Positions 44,942 through 53,830 are shown, counted from the stretch's first letter. The stretch is 55,074 bases of DNA from Thermodesulfobacteriota bacterium (GCA_036794995.1 DAIRFP010000002.1:2744-57817), one strand, 5' to 3'. The notes: generated by a model from the letters alone, not told the origin. Program-made: numbers and translations.

Positions 44942-45925
44942 TCACGAACCCGACGGGAAGCGGACAAACAGGCTCTCCAAATCCGGGGGCTGTTTCAAAA
45001 GGCCTTGCTCGATCTGATACCGCGCCAAAGCCGCCAGGGTACGCTTCTCGGTCTCGCCGAGAATATAGGCGTAGGGGTCTTCGCCGAGGGCCGCCTTTTC
45101 CCGTTCCTGCCCCTCGATTTGCTCCGGAGTCAAATGTTTGGTTGCCAGTTTTTTCGCCTCGCGAAATGCTTCGAGCAACTTTGCCGGTAGATCGGGATAC
45201 TTTTCGACCGCCTCTTCTTTCATTGCAATGAGATGAATGATCGGATAGATGCGTTTCTCGCGAACCCAACGAATGATCGCTTCCGTATCATCGAAGAGCG
45301 GCTTGACCCCCGGAAATTCACCCATGGCCTTGGGCAGCACGCCGCCGCCGAAAAGTCCCGGGTAACCCGAATCGCCGGCCACGAGGGCCGCCTGCAGTTC
45401 TCCCGCGCTCAGAAGTTTAGACAAGTACGGTTTCTCTTGTCCAAAGGGCGGAGGCGGGTCGAGTCGCTCTACTTTAACGGGTAGGTCCCTGCCGATGTGG
45501 ACTTCCCGGCCCGATACGAACCATTGCATGTCCGTGGTTTTGAGGTCGTACTCATCGAGCAAAAAACCGCGGGCCCAGACCACCGCGGTGGCCCCGTAGC
45601 GAAAGCAGCCGATCTTCTTTCCTTTGAGTTCGCTCGGATGGTTGAGTTTCCCCTCGCAGTAGAAAATATTGCGCTGGCGCGGGCCGCGCTCGAAAAAAAT
45701 CGGCAGCGCAATATAGCGGTAGCCCTGTTCCCGCGTTCTTAGAAAGGTCGCCGCCGAATATTCGCCGATATCCCACTCCCCTTTCGCGAAGCGATAGTGG
45801 CGCTCGCCGGGGCTTGGGTCATGGGTAATATCGAGGTCGTAGCCGTCGATGCTGATCTCCCCATCGATCAGCGCCCGCGTGCGTGGATGATACGGAAGGC
45901 CCAGGGTGATGCGATGTTGTGCCAT
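44942..45925 (-). CDS. NMT1/PhtD-like protein (periplasmic-binding-protein fold without signal peptide; 4,5-dihydroxyphthalate-decarboxylase-like)
   Basis: ITLGLPYHPRTRALIDGEISIDGYDLDI...EWDIGEYSAATFL resembles that family as recalled from memory. The start was moved to the ATG at 45925 (AGAGGA 5 nt upstream) to remove the overlap with the upstream gene. Confidence 0.55.
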   Translation of the reverse strand: MAQHRITLGLPYHPRTRALIDGEISIDGYDLDITHDPSPGERHYRFAKGEWDIGEYSAATFLRTREQGYRYIALPIFFERGPRQRNIFYCEGKLNHPSELKGKKIGCFRYGATAVVWARGFLLDEYDLKTTDMQWFVSGREVHIGRDLPVKVERLDPPPPFGQEKPYLSKLLSAGELQAALVAGDSGYPGLFGGGVLPKAMGEFPGVKPLFDDTEAIIRWVREKRIYPIIHLIAMKEEAVEKYPDLPAKLLEAFREAKKLATKHLTPEQIEGQEREKAALGEDPYAYILGETEKRTLAALARYQIEQGLLKQPPDLESLFVRFPSGS

Positions 45926-45953
45926 CGTGGTCCTCTGTCTTTCGGTGGACTGG

Positions 45954-46685
45954 CTAGGGTAACGGTGCCGTCCGTTGCGCGAGATGCCGGTCAAGGAATT
46001 CCAACGTTCGCGGCCAGGAAGCTTCATCGGCGTGACGGCGATAGCTCTCCTTGGTGTGATCCATGAAAGCGTGGCCGGCGCTCGGGTAGGAATAGAACTC
46101 GTGCGCCTTGTTATATTTTCTCAACTCGGCATCCAGCTTCTGCATATCTTCGAGGGTCGGATTCTGGTCTTCTTCCCCGAAGTGTCCAAGCAGCGGACAA
46201 TGAATTTCCGAACTGCGCTCGAAGGGTGACGGAATGTCTCTGCCCCAGGCGCGAAAGGCGTTACCCGGGTAATAGGCCACAGCCGCTTGGAAGACCGGAT
46301 TGACGGCGGCCATGAGGTAGACGAGGCGACCGCCCATGCAAAAACCGATGATTCCCACGCGATGCCCTTCGACGGCGTCGTGACCTCGCAGAAAACCAAC
46401 GGTAGCGTCGACGTCGCTGATCACTCTTCGGTCGCTCAGACGAGATCTTCGAGTGACAATGTCATCTTTGCAGTCGGGACCGTCGCGGTGATAGAGATCC
46501 GGCGCCGCGGCCACATAACCGGCCGCCGCCAACCGACGCGTCGTGTGTTGGACAAATTCGTCGACACCGCCCTGATGTTGGATGACCACCACTGCCGCAA
46601 AGGGGCCTGAGTCTGAGGGGGCGCTCACGTGCATGCGCATCGTGCTGCCCGCCACCGCAACCTCTTGCCAGCTTGATGCTATCAT
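45954..46685 (-). CDS. Dienelactone hydrolase family protein
   Basis: AAVVVIQHQGGVD and the nucleophile motif IGFCMGG, plus YPSAGHAF. The ATG at 46685 has GAGGA 6 nt upstream. The ORF track opens at TTG 46736. Confidence 0.8.
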   Translation of the reverse strand: MIASSWQEVAVAGSTMRMHVSAPSDSGPFAAVVVIQHQGGVDEFVQHTTRRLAAAGYVAAAPDLYHRDGPDCKDDIVTRRSRLSDRRVISDVDATVGFLRGHDAVEGHRVGIIGFCMGGRLVYLMAAVNPVFQAAVAYYPGNAFRAWGRDIPSPFERSSEIHCPLLGHFGEEDQNPTLEDMQKLDAELRKYNKAHEFYSYPSAGHAFMDHTKESYRRHADEASWPRTLEFLDRHLAQRTAPLP

Positions 46686-46744
46686 TGAATGTCCTCGGCT
46701 TAGCCGCCGTGTACCGCAGCTGTCTGAAGCTGTCAAGTTACTTT

Positions 46745-47458
46745 TTAGCGATGATCCAAGTCGTCCAGCAGGCGAGGGATGCCTGTCAAGCTGGTGATTC
46801 GCGGCGCAAGGTTCGAATTGTCGTCACCGCTGCGCTCGACTAACACGCTTTTCAGTCCGGCGTTGATGGCGCCGTGAAAATCATTCTCCCGGCTGTCGCC
46901 GACGTGCAGCGCGTCGCCTGCTTTTAGACCGTGGCGTTCCAAGGCCGTGTCAAAAATCTGGCGGGCGGGTTTGGCGTAACCAACGCGGCTTGAAATAAAA
47001 ATATGATCGAACCATGGGGCTGCGCCAAGGCCTTCCAGAATACCCAGCAGGCGGGAGTCAAAATTTGAAATTACGTCAAGGGTGAGGCCACGGTTTTTGA
47101 GAATCGGCAGCGTCTCGGCCACCTCCGGATAGAGCATCCAGGCTTCGGGTTGGGCGAAATAAGCAAAGAGTTCGGCAAAATAATCGTCGAATCCCTGGAA
47201 TCGACCCTGGGGTTCAAAAATGCGCCGAACCAGATCCTTCCACCACGCACGCTCTAGGGTATCGATACTCGCGTCGGGCGCGCCTGGAAAAGCGAGGGGA
47301 GGCGCCGCATGAAAGCAGATGCGGAATCTTGCGGCAATTTCCGCTGCTGAAATTTCAACGCCATGCTTCTTTGCCAGGAGCGCGTAGCTTTCGCCAACCC
47401 GTCGGGCGGGTTCGATAAGCGTCCCTGCGGCGTCAAAAAAGATTGCTCTGATCGCCAT
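46745..47458 (-). CDS. HAD-superfamily hydrolase, subfamily IA
   Basis: Motif I is IFFDAAGTLIEP. Motif III/IV is HVGDSRENDFHGAINAG. Confidence 0.85.
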   Translation of the reverse strand: MAIRAIFFDAAGTLIEPARRVGESYALLAKKHGVEISAAEIAARFRICFHAAPPLAFPGAPDASIDTLERAWWKDLVRRIFEPQGRFQGFDDYFAELFAYFAQPEAWMLYPEVAETLPILKNRGLTLDVISNFDSRLLGILEGLGAAPWFDHIFISSRVGYAKPARQIFDTALERHGLKAGDALHVGDSRENDFHGAINAGLKSVLVERSGDDNSNLAPRITSLTGIPRLLDDLDHR

Positions 47459-47527
47459 CGCTTGCGTCGACCCCTAGGTCCAAGGGTTCCATTGCAACTA
47501 AGCTATCATTCTCTATAATGGAAATCG

Positions 47528-48118
47528 ATGCAAAGTAAAAACGCGTTAGTTGTGGTCGACGTCCAAAACGACTTCTGTCCCGGGGGTGCGTTAGCGGTGA
47601 AGGATGGGGATCAGGTGGTTCCTCCGCTAAACCTTTACATTGCTAAATTTAAGGAAGCCGGCGCACCGATCTTTGCTACCCGCGACTGGCACCCGGCAAA
47701 GACGAGTCATTTTAACACCAGTGGCGGTCCCTGGCCGCCTCACTGTATCCAAGGGAGCCAGGGATCTCAGTTTCATCCGGCCTTGACACTACCGCCAGAG
47801 ACCGTCATCGTATCTGCCGGAATGGGTTCGGATGAAGATGGCTATTCCGGCTTCCTCGGAAAAGATGAGCGCGGCACAAAGCTGATTGACCTACTGCGGC
47901 AACAAGGTGTCGAGCGCATTTTTGTCGGAGGTTTGGCAACGGACTATTGCGTGAAGCACACCGTTCTCGACGGTCTCAAAGAGGGTTTCAAAGTGGTTTT
48001 GCTTACGGACTCCGTTCGTGGCGTGAATTTGAAGCCCGACGACTCGGCATGCGCCATAGAAGAAATGCTTCATGCGGGTGCCGAGATTGCGGCTGACCTA
48101 CAGCAAATCCCCGAGTAG
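47528..48118 (+). CDS. pncA: Isochorismatase-family hydrolase, nicotinamidase/pyrazinamidase-like
   Basis: ALVVVDVQNDFCPGGALAV, TRDWHP, and the catalytic-Cys context GGLATDYCVKHT. Confidence 0.75.
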   Translation: MQSKNALVVVDVQNDFCPGGALAVKDGDQVVPPLNLYIAKFKEAGAPIFATRDWHPAKTSHFNTSGGPWPPHCIQGSQGSQFHPALTLPPETVIVSAGMGSDEDGYSGFLGKDERGTKLIDLLRQQGVERIFVGGLATDYCVKHTVLDGLKEGFKVVLLTDSVRGVNLKPDDSACAIEEMLHAGAEIAADLQQIPE

Positions 48119-48258
48119 CCTGCGGTTTAAACGCATGGGCATGCCGGTCGAAGTTAGTTTCGTCCCTCGCCCAACTCTTGCTAAGGCAGATTGTCGAAAT
48201 AGCTTAGCTGATTATTAAATGGCCCCGTTGATCTGACAGACGAAAGCAAGGTGCAACT

Positions 48259-49059
48259 ATGGACCTGGATTCCCATTATGATGAAGAGTTGATGATCGCC
48301 GAGCGCGCCGCTCGGGAAGCGGGATGGGCCATCCGTAAACTGTTCAAAGGAAAATATGACGTCCACGAGAAAAGTAAAAACAACCCTGTAACGACGGCGG
48401 ATATCGAAGCCAACCACAAGATCCGGGGGATCATCCACGGGCGATTCCCGGACGACGGTTGGCTGTCCGAAGAAGACATAGACGATGCGCGCAGACTGAA
48501 AGCCTCACGGGTCTGGATCATTGACCCCATCGATGGCACCAAGGAGTTTATCGAGGGCGTGCCGGAGTTTGCCGTTTCGATCGGCTTCGTTGTCGAGGGG
48601 CGACCGAAAGTGGCGGTGGTCTACAACCCGGTGGAGGACCGCCTTTACCGGGCTGCTGCCGGGCGAGGGGCGGATCTCAATGGGGAACGAATTCGCGTAA
48701 CTCCTCGACAAGAATTACCGGGCGCGTCTTTGTTGGTCAGCCGGTCGGAACCACAGCGGAAGTTTCAAGTCTTCGCCAACCTTTGTGAGGTAAAGCCGGT
48801 GGGGAGCATCGCATTTCGCTTGGCCAAGGTGGCCGGCGGAGACGGCGACGGGACTTTAACCTTCCGCTCTATTCATGAGTGGGATGTCTGCGCCGGCGTG
48901 TTCATGGTCGAAGAGGCCGGCGGTAAGGTTCTGGATAGCCATGGCAAACAGTTAAAGTTCAACCAGCAGGATCCCAGGCATCACGGCATCGTTGCTGCCA
49001 ACAAAACGTTGGCCGACGGCATACAGGGATTGGTGGCGCAAGTTCTAACCCAGAAATAG
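48259..49059 (+). CDS. Inositol monophosphatase family protein (SuhB/CysQ-like)
   Basis: LSEE, WIIDPIDGTKEF and WDVCAG motifs. Confidence 0.8.
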   Translation: MDLDSHYDEELMIAERAAREAGWAIRKLFKGKYDVHEKSKNNPVTTADIEANHKIRGIIHGRFPDDGWLSEEDIDDARRLKASRVWIIDPIDGTKEFIEGVPEFAVSIGFVVEGRPKVAVVYNPVEDRLYRAAAGRGADLNGERIRVTPRQELPGASLLVSRSEPQRKFQVFANLCEVKPVGSIAFRLAKVAGGDGDGTLTFRSIHEWDVCAGVFMVEEAGGKVLDSHGKQLKFNQQDPRHHGIVAANKTLADGIQGLVAQVLTQK

Positions 49060-49080
49060 TGATAGTGAGAGAGTCGCGAT

Positions 49081-49404
49081 ATGTCTCGTTGCGCGTATTG
49101 TGGGGAAAACGCTGGTTTTTGGTCGCGGATGTGCGGGGATTGCAAGAACCTTATGGCGCGCGTTGAGGAATTGCGGGGTAAGGTTGGTTACGGCGAGTTC
49201 TTGGATGGTTTGGAGCGTACCGGGGTTGCCAAAGAAAAGATTATGATCTTTCTTAAGGCCGACCCCGATGGGAACGGCAGCGTGCAGGATTGGGTGACGG
49301 CTGAAATGACGACCGAGCTAATGCAAGTGATGGGAATGCAGGGGCGGCAAACACCGGAAGAGGTCAAGCGGATTCGGAAGACAGTCGTCAAGGATCCGAA
49401 ATAG
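49081..49404 (+). CDS. Hypothetical protein with N-terminal CxxC-X12-CxxC zinc-ribbon-like motif
   Basis: 107 aa. The N-terminus is MSRCAYCGENAGFWSRMCGDCKN. No family recognised. Confidence 0.5.
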   Translation: MSRCAYCGENAGFWSRMCGDCKNLMARVEELRGKVGYGEFLDGLERTGVAKEKIMIFLKADPDGNGSVQDWVTAEMTTELMQVMGMQGRQTPEEVKRIRKTVVKDPK

Positions 49405-49424
49405 GTGTCAAGCTTTCGGCGGTC

Positions 49425-49904
49425 ATGGCAATCACCATTTACCTTTCGCTATTTTTTCTCCTCGCCTATCTTGTCGCTCTGGCGATTCACCGGAGGATCT
49501 TTAGGCGCGACCAGCGGCGGATGCAGGCAGAGAGCCGATTGGGCGCGAGGGTGGTTGCCCGGGTGGCTGAAGTGCAGCCCGGGGCGGTGAAGAAGTTCTG
49601 GATTATTTGTCAGAAATACCGCTTGGATGCGCTGCTGGTTAACGAGCGGGGGGATTTTTATGCCTACGTTAACCGCTGCCGGCATATGCCAACGCCGTTG
49701 GATTTTGTCCGTGATCAGTTTGTCAGCGAAGATGGACGTTATCTGATGTGCTACACGCATGGGGCGCTCTATGAGCCGGCCACGGGCTTGTGTGTTTCCG
49801 GCCCTTGCAAAGGGGAAATGCTCTATCGACTCCCGGTGAGGATAGATCGCGGAGACGTTCTGGTCGGTTGTCCCGAAGGCAACATTGCGGATTTAGCAGA
49901 CTGA
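49425..49904 (+). CDS. Membrane-anchored Rieske [2Fe-2S] domain protein
   Basis: N-terminal TM helix ITIYLSLFFLLAYLVALAI. Rieske motifs CRHM and CYTHGALYEPATGLCVSGPC. Confidence 0.8.
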   Translation: MAITIYLSLFFLLAYLVALAIHRRIFRRDQRRMQAESRLGARVVARVAEVQPGAVKKFWIICQKYRLDALLVNERGDFYAYVNRCRHMPTPLDFVRDQFVSEDGRYLMCYTHGALYEPATGLCVSGPCKGEMLYRLPVRIDRGDVLVGCPEGNIADLAD

Positions 49905-49914
49905 GTGCTTCACC

Positions 49915-50298
49915 ATGAGTTCCGACAAAGACAACAGACCAACGCGGCGAAAACTCGTCGGCAAAATCGGCGAACTCGCGCACGGCATGAGCAAAAAATT
50001 TACCTTTAACAGCAACGGACGTGCTGTCGAAGCCATGCTCGTCAACTACCAGGGAAATTTCTTCGCTTACGTTAATCGTTGTCCCCACATCGGCATATCG
50101 CTGGATTGGGTCGACAACCAGTTTTTTACCGTAGATAGCCGCTACGTTATGTGTGCTAACCATGGGGCGACCTTCGAGCCGGCGACAGGGGAGTGTATCT
50201 GGGGTCCCTGCGTGGGTGCGGCGCTCCAGAAGGTGCCACTTGAGATCGACGGAGAAAACATATTTGCCGGTTCCCGGAATGGGGACGCCAAAGATTGA
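49915..50298 (+). CDS. Soluble Rieske [2Fe-2S] domain protein (paralogue of the preceding gene)
   Basis: CPHI and CANHGATFEPATGECIWGPC. FFAYVNRC is shared with its neighbour. Confidence 0.8.
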   Translation: MSSDKDNRPTRRKLVGKIGELAHGMSKKFTFNSNGRAVEAMLVNYQGNFFAYVNRCPHIGISLDWVDNQFFTVDSRYVMCANHGATFEPATGECIWGPCVGAALQKVPLEIDGENIFAGSRNGDAKD

Positions 50299-50330
50299 TC
50301 GGTTCGGTAGAGTCACGAGTGGAGCAACGG

Positions 50331-50675
50331 ATGAGTGATTGTCTTTTTTGTGGCATTGTCGAAGGTAAGATCAAAGGCGATATTGTTTACCAAGACGAAT
50401 CGTTGGTGGCCTTCAGAGACATTAATCCGAAGGCGCCGGTTCACCTTCTGATCATTCCCCGCAAGCACATCGCTAACCTTATGGATCTGGCGCCGGACGA
50501 CGGACCGGTTATCGGTCAGATTTTCCAACTGGCTGCGGAGCTTGCCCGGCAACACGGCATTGCAGATAAGGGTTTCCGCGTCGTCGTCAACCATGGCGCC
50601 GATGCCGGCCAGTCGGTTTTCCATCTCCACTATCATTTGCTGGGCGGGCGTTCGTTGGGTTGGCCGCCCGGCTAG
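50331..50675 (+). CDS. HIT-family (histidine triad) nucleotide hydrolase
   Basis: CLFCGIVEGKI and HLHYHLLGG. The start was moved to the ATG at 50331 (GGAG upstream). Confidence 0.9.
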   Translation: MSDCLFCGIVEGKIKGDIVYQDESLVAFRDINPKAPVHLLIIPRKHIANLMDLAPDDGPVIGQIFQLAAELARQHGIADKGFRVVVNHGADAGQSVFHLHYHLLGGRSLGWPPG

Positions 50676-50718
50676 AGTCGGAGCAGGATTCACGTCGAAA
50701 TTATCCTCGGAGGGCTCT

Positions 50719-51978
50719 ATGGCAACCGTTGAGTGGCGCAGTCCAGCCAATGAAATGGCTATCCAGCAGTTCGATATCGCTGCCGCCAAATTAAATCTCG
50801 ATGCGAACGTGGCTGCCCGATTGCGACGGCCGGAGCGAGCGATGATCGTCAGCGTTCCGACACGGATGGATGACGCCCGGGTCCACGTTTTTACAGGATA
50901 CCGCGTTCAACACAATGACGTCTTGGGACCCTTTAAAGGAGGGATTCGTTACCATCAAGAGGTGAACCTGGGAGAAGTGTCCGCGCTGGCTATGTGGATG
51001 ACGTGGAAGTGCTCACTGGTGGGTTTGCCCTTGGGCGGAGCGAAAGGAGGTATTGCCTGCGATCCTGCCGAACTTTCGCGTCACGAACTGCAGGGGATGA
51101 CACGGCGTTACACGGCGGAGATTCTTAATTTCATCGGACCCGAGGTCGATGTGCCCGCGCCGGACATGGGAACGAATGAACAGGTGATGGCGTGGATCAT
51201 GGATACCTATTCCCAGCATAAAGGGCACGCGGTGCCTGAGGTTGTCACCGGAAAGCCGGTGGCCATTGGCGGCACATTGGGGCGCCGCGACGCAACGGGT
51301 CGAGGCCTCGTTTACACGATCATCGAAGCGGCAAAACACTTGGGGATCGATCTGATTCAATGCACCGCGGTGGTCCAGGGCTTTGGCAACGTCGGCTCTG
51401 TAGTTGTGAAAGAACTCGCCAACATCGGCGTGAAAGTCATCGGCGTTTCCGATCGAACGGGCGGCTTTTTCGACGCCAAGGGCTTGCCGGTGGCAAAGTT
51501 ACTCGAGGTGGCCGACAAGAATCACAGCTTGGAGGGCTGTCCCTACGGCGAAAAGATTAGTAACGAGCAGCTGCTGGAGTTGAAGTGCGATATTTTGGTC
51601 CCGGCGGCGCTGGAGATGCAGATCACGAAGGAAAACGCCGGGCGGCTCCAGTGCCGGATTCTGGCCGAAGGGGCCAATGGTCCGACCACTCCGGAGGCCG
51701 ACGCTATTCTTAAGGAGAAAGGCGTCTTCGTGATCCCTGATGTCTTGGCGAATGCAGGTGGCGTAGTGGTTTCTTATTTCGAATGGGTGCAGGATCTGCA
51801 GAATTTCTTCTGGAACGAAGAAGAAGTGAACAAAAAACTGCGGGACATCCTGGTTAAAGCCTTTCACGAAGTGCTCGACATGAGTCAAAAGCAAAAGGTT
51901 GACATGCGCCTGGCTGCCTTGATGATCGGGATTGATCGGGTCGCCCGGGCTATGCTCTGGCGCGGTCTTTATGCCTAG
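50719..51978 (+). CDS. gdhA: Glutamate dehydrogenase (Glu/Leu/Phe/Val dehydrogenase family)
   Basis: GPFKGGIRYH, GLPLGGAKGG and VQGFGNVG. The start was moved to ATG 50719 (419 aa), because the ORF-track N-terminal extension overlaps the HIT gene. Confidence 0.9.
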   Translation: MATVEWRSPANEMAIQQFDIAAAKLNLDANVAARLRRPERAMIVSVPTRMDDARVHVFTGYRVQHNDVLGPFKGGIRYHQEVNLGEVSALAMWMTWKCSLVGLPLGGAKGGIACDPAELSRHELQGMTRRYTAEILNFIGPEVDVPAPDMGTNEQVMAWIMDTYSQHKGHAVPEVVTGKPVAIGGTLGRRDATGRGLVYTIIEAAKHLGIDLIQCTAVVQGFGNVGSVVVKELANIGVKVIGVSDRTGGFFDAKGLPVAKLLEVADKNHSLEGCPYGEKISNEQLLELKCDILVPAALEMQITKENAGRLQCRILAEGANGPTTPEADAILKEKGVFVIPDVLANAGGVVVSYFEWVQDLQNFFWNEEEVNKKLRDILVKAFHEVLDMSQKQKVDMRLAALMIGIDRVARAMLWRGLYA

Positions 51979-51980
51979 CA

Positions 51981-52116
51981 GGCCGCTGAAAAAGCCTCAT
52001 AGAAATAATTGAGGATCGAAGATGGAGGATAGAAGATGGCGATCATCGATCCTCAATTCTCAATCCTCGATTGTCGCGAATGCAATCGCCTCGCCTCTGA
52101 GTCTTTTTCAGCGGCC
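51981..52116. repeat. Long nested palindromic element downstream of gdh
   Basis: The outer arms are GGCCGCTGAAAAAGCCTCA (51981-51999) and TGAGTCTTTTTCAGCGGCC (52098-52116), matching at 18 of 19 positions. An inner perfect 13-bp inverted repeat AATTGAGGATCGA (52007-52019) / TCGATCCTCAATT (52046-52058) and the smaller hairpin CGATTG...CAATCG are also present. Confidence 0.7.
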
Positions 52117-52244
52117 GGCAAACAGAGTTTTTCAGCAGCCTGCTGGACTAGAGTGAGCAGCGTGAAGGCCGATGGCGGCTGCCTAAAGACGCGTTGAAGC
52201 TGCCGAAATAAACTGTTAACAAGAGGAAAAGGAAGGAATTTTGG

Positions 52245-52808
52245 ATGTTGATCCAAGCGACACAACTCAGACCGGGAATGATTATCATTCATGAAAGTCA
52301 ACTTTACCGGGTATTTGCAGTTCACCATTTAACCCCAGGCAATAAGCGCGGCTTCATGCAGACCAAAATGAAAAGTCTCAAGACCGGAGTCGGGACCGAG
52401 TATAAGTTCCGTTCGGAAGACCGTGTTGAGCAGGCGTCCCTGGAGACACGCAAGATGCAGTATCTGTACGCTGAAGGCGATCTCCACACCTTTATGGACA
52501 CGGAGAACTTCGAACAAATGGCCTTGAGCGCCGGAGATATCGGTGAGCTGTTGGCTTTCCTGTTGCCTAACGAGGTCGTCGAGGTTGAATTTTATGACAG
52601 CAAACCCATCGGTGTTAGCCCACCCTCTACGGTTGACCTCAAGGTTGTCGATACCGAGCCGTCCATGAAAGGGGCGACAGCGAGCGCTTCTTATAAACCG
52701 GCGAAGTTGGAAACCGGAGTGACCATTCAAGTCCCGCCATTCATTCAGGTGGGAGATCGGGTGAGGGTGGATCCCTCCGAAGGGACGTATCTGGAACGAG
52801 TGAAATAG
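52245..52808 (+). CDS. efp: Elongation factor P family protein (loop and C-terminus closer to the YeiP/EfpL type)
   Basis: 187 aa. It has the three-domain EF-P pattern. The loop is LTPGNKRGFMQTKMK and the C-terminus is KGATASASYKPAKLETGVTIQVPPFIQVGDRVRVD. Confidence 0.85.
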   Translation: MLIQATQLRPGMIIIHESQLYRVFAVHHLTPGNKRGFMQTKMKSLKTGVGTEYKFRSEDRVEQASLETRKMQYLYAEGDLHTFMDTENFEQMALSAGDIGELLAFLLPNEVVEVEFYDSKPIGVSPPSTVDLKVVDTEPSMKGATASASYKPAKLETGVTIQVPPFIQVGDRVRVDPSEGTYLERVK

Positions 52809-52838
52809 CTGAATCTTCTTTCAGGTAGCCGAGAAGGG

Positions 52839-53435
52839 TCAAGTAGCCTGAATCTTCTGCAACACCGAGTGGACCTGTTGTTCAAGTTCGGCCAGGCTTC
52901 CGTCGTTCTCGATGACATAGTCCGCGAGCTTGCGTTTTTCTGCTAAGCTCATCTGTGCGTCGATGTGCTTTTGAGCCTCGAGTTCCGTCAATTGGTCTCG
53001 TTCGAGCAACCTTTGCTTTTGTGTCTTGATGTCGCAGGCGACTAAGATTACGGGGCGAAGCCAAAGATGAATTTGACCTTCGAAGAGCAGAGGGACTTCG
53101 TAGACAATCACCGAACTGCCGGCCGCCGTTAGTTCGCCGATTCTTCTCTCCGCCAGAGCCCGCACCCTTGGATGGATGATGGCTTCGAGTTGTTTTCTTG
53201 CTTCGGGGTGGTCAAAGACCAGCGTTCGCAGTTTTTTCCGGTCTAGAGTTTTATCTTCCTGCAGCATATCAGGACCAAACGTCTCAATGATTTCCTTCCA
53301 CGCTTCTTGTTCCGGTTGGACGACCTCGCGGGATAATTCATCGGCATTGATAATGGCCGCGCCGAGACGGCGCAGGATTGCCGCGACGCTGCTCTTGCCG
53401 GATGCGATGCCGCCGGTTAGGCCAACTAATTTCAC
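52839..53435 (-). CDS. coaE: Dephospho-CoA kinase
   Basis: The N-terminus is MKLVGLTGGIASGKSS (P-loop). 198 aa. Confidence 0.9.
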   Translation of the reverse strand: MKLVGLTGGIASGKSSVAAILRRLGAAIINADELSREVVQPEQEAWKEIIETFGPDMLQEDKTLDRKKLRTLVFDHPEARKQLEAIIHPRVRALAERRIGELTAAGSSVIVYEVPLLFEGQIHLWLRPVILVACDIKTQKQRLLERDQLTELEAQKHIDAQMSLAEKRKLADYVIENDGSLAELEQQVHSVLQKIQAT

Positions 53436-53532
53436 GGCTCACTAATGGCAAAAAAACCCTGCAGTTTCAAGAAAGAGCTTAAAGCCGATGAAGGACATGG
53501 CCGATTACTGAATTGACGGAGTGTTAACCAGG

Positions 53533-53802
53533 ATGGCCAAAGTCGTTATTTACACAACCAATTATTGCCCTTTTTGTTTTCGCGCCAAAGCGCTGCTGCG
53601 TTCGAAGAACGTTGAGTTTGAAGAAATCGACGTTAGCGATGACCCAGCTCGGAGAGCTGAAATGGAGCAACTCTCCGCCCAGAGGACCGTGCCGCAGATC
53701 TTTATCGATGCCCAACCTATCGGCGGATTCGACGATGCCCGGCGCCTTGACGCGACCGGGGAATTGGATCGTTTGCTGGGAAAACCAGTGGAAACTAGCT
53801 GA
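53533..53802 (+). CDS. grxC: Glutaredoxin (GrxC type)
   Basis: VVIYTTNYCPFCFRAKALL, TVPQIFI and GGFDD. Confidence 0.9.
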   Translation: MAKVVIYTTNYCPFCFRAKALLRSKNVEFEEIDVSDDPARRAEMEQLSAQRTVPQIFIDAQPIGGFDDARRLDATGELDRLLGKPVETS

Positions 53803-53830
53803 GATTCAAGGGCTAGGTCCCTGGCAAGTT

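Noticed and set aside
50542-50718. 59-aa N-terminal extension of the glutamate dehydrogenase ORF that overlaps the HIT gene.
   Set aside because: The extension is low-complexity and overlaps a well-supported gene. ATG 50719, preceded by GGAGGG, gives a normal 419-aa enzyme beginning MATVEW.
52053-52328. 91-aa minus-strand ORF spanning the palindromic element and the efp start.
   Set aside because: It overlaps the well-supported efp start and its ribosome-binding region. It owes its length to the repeat and has no motif or SD.
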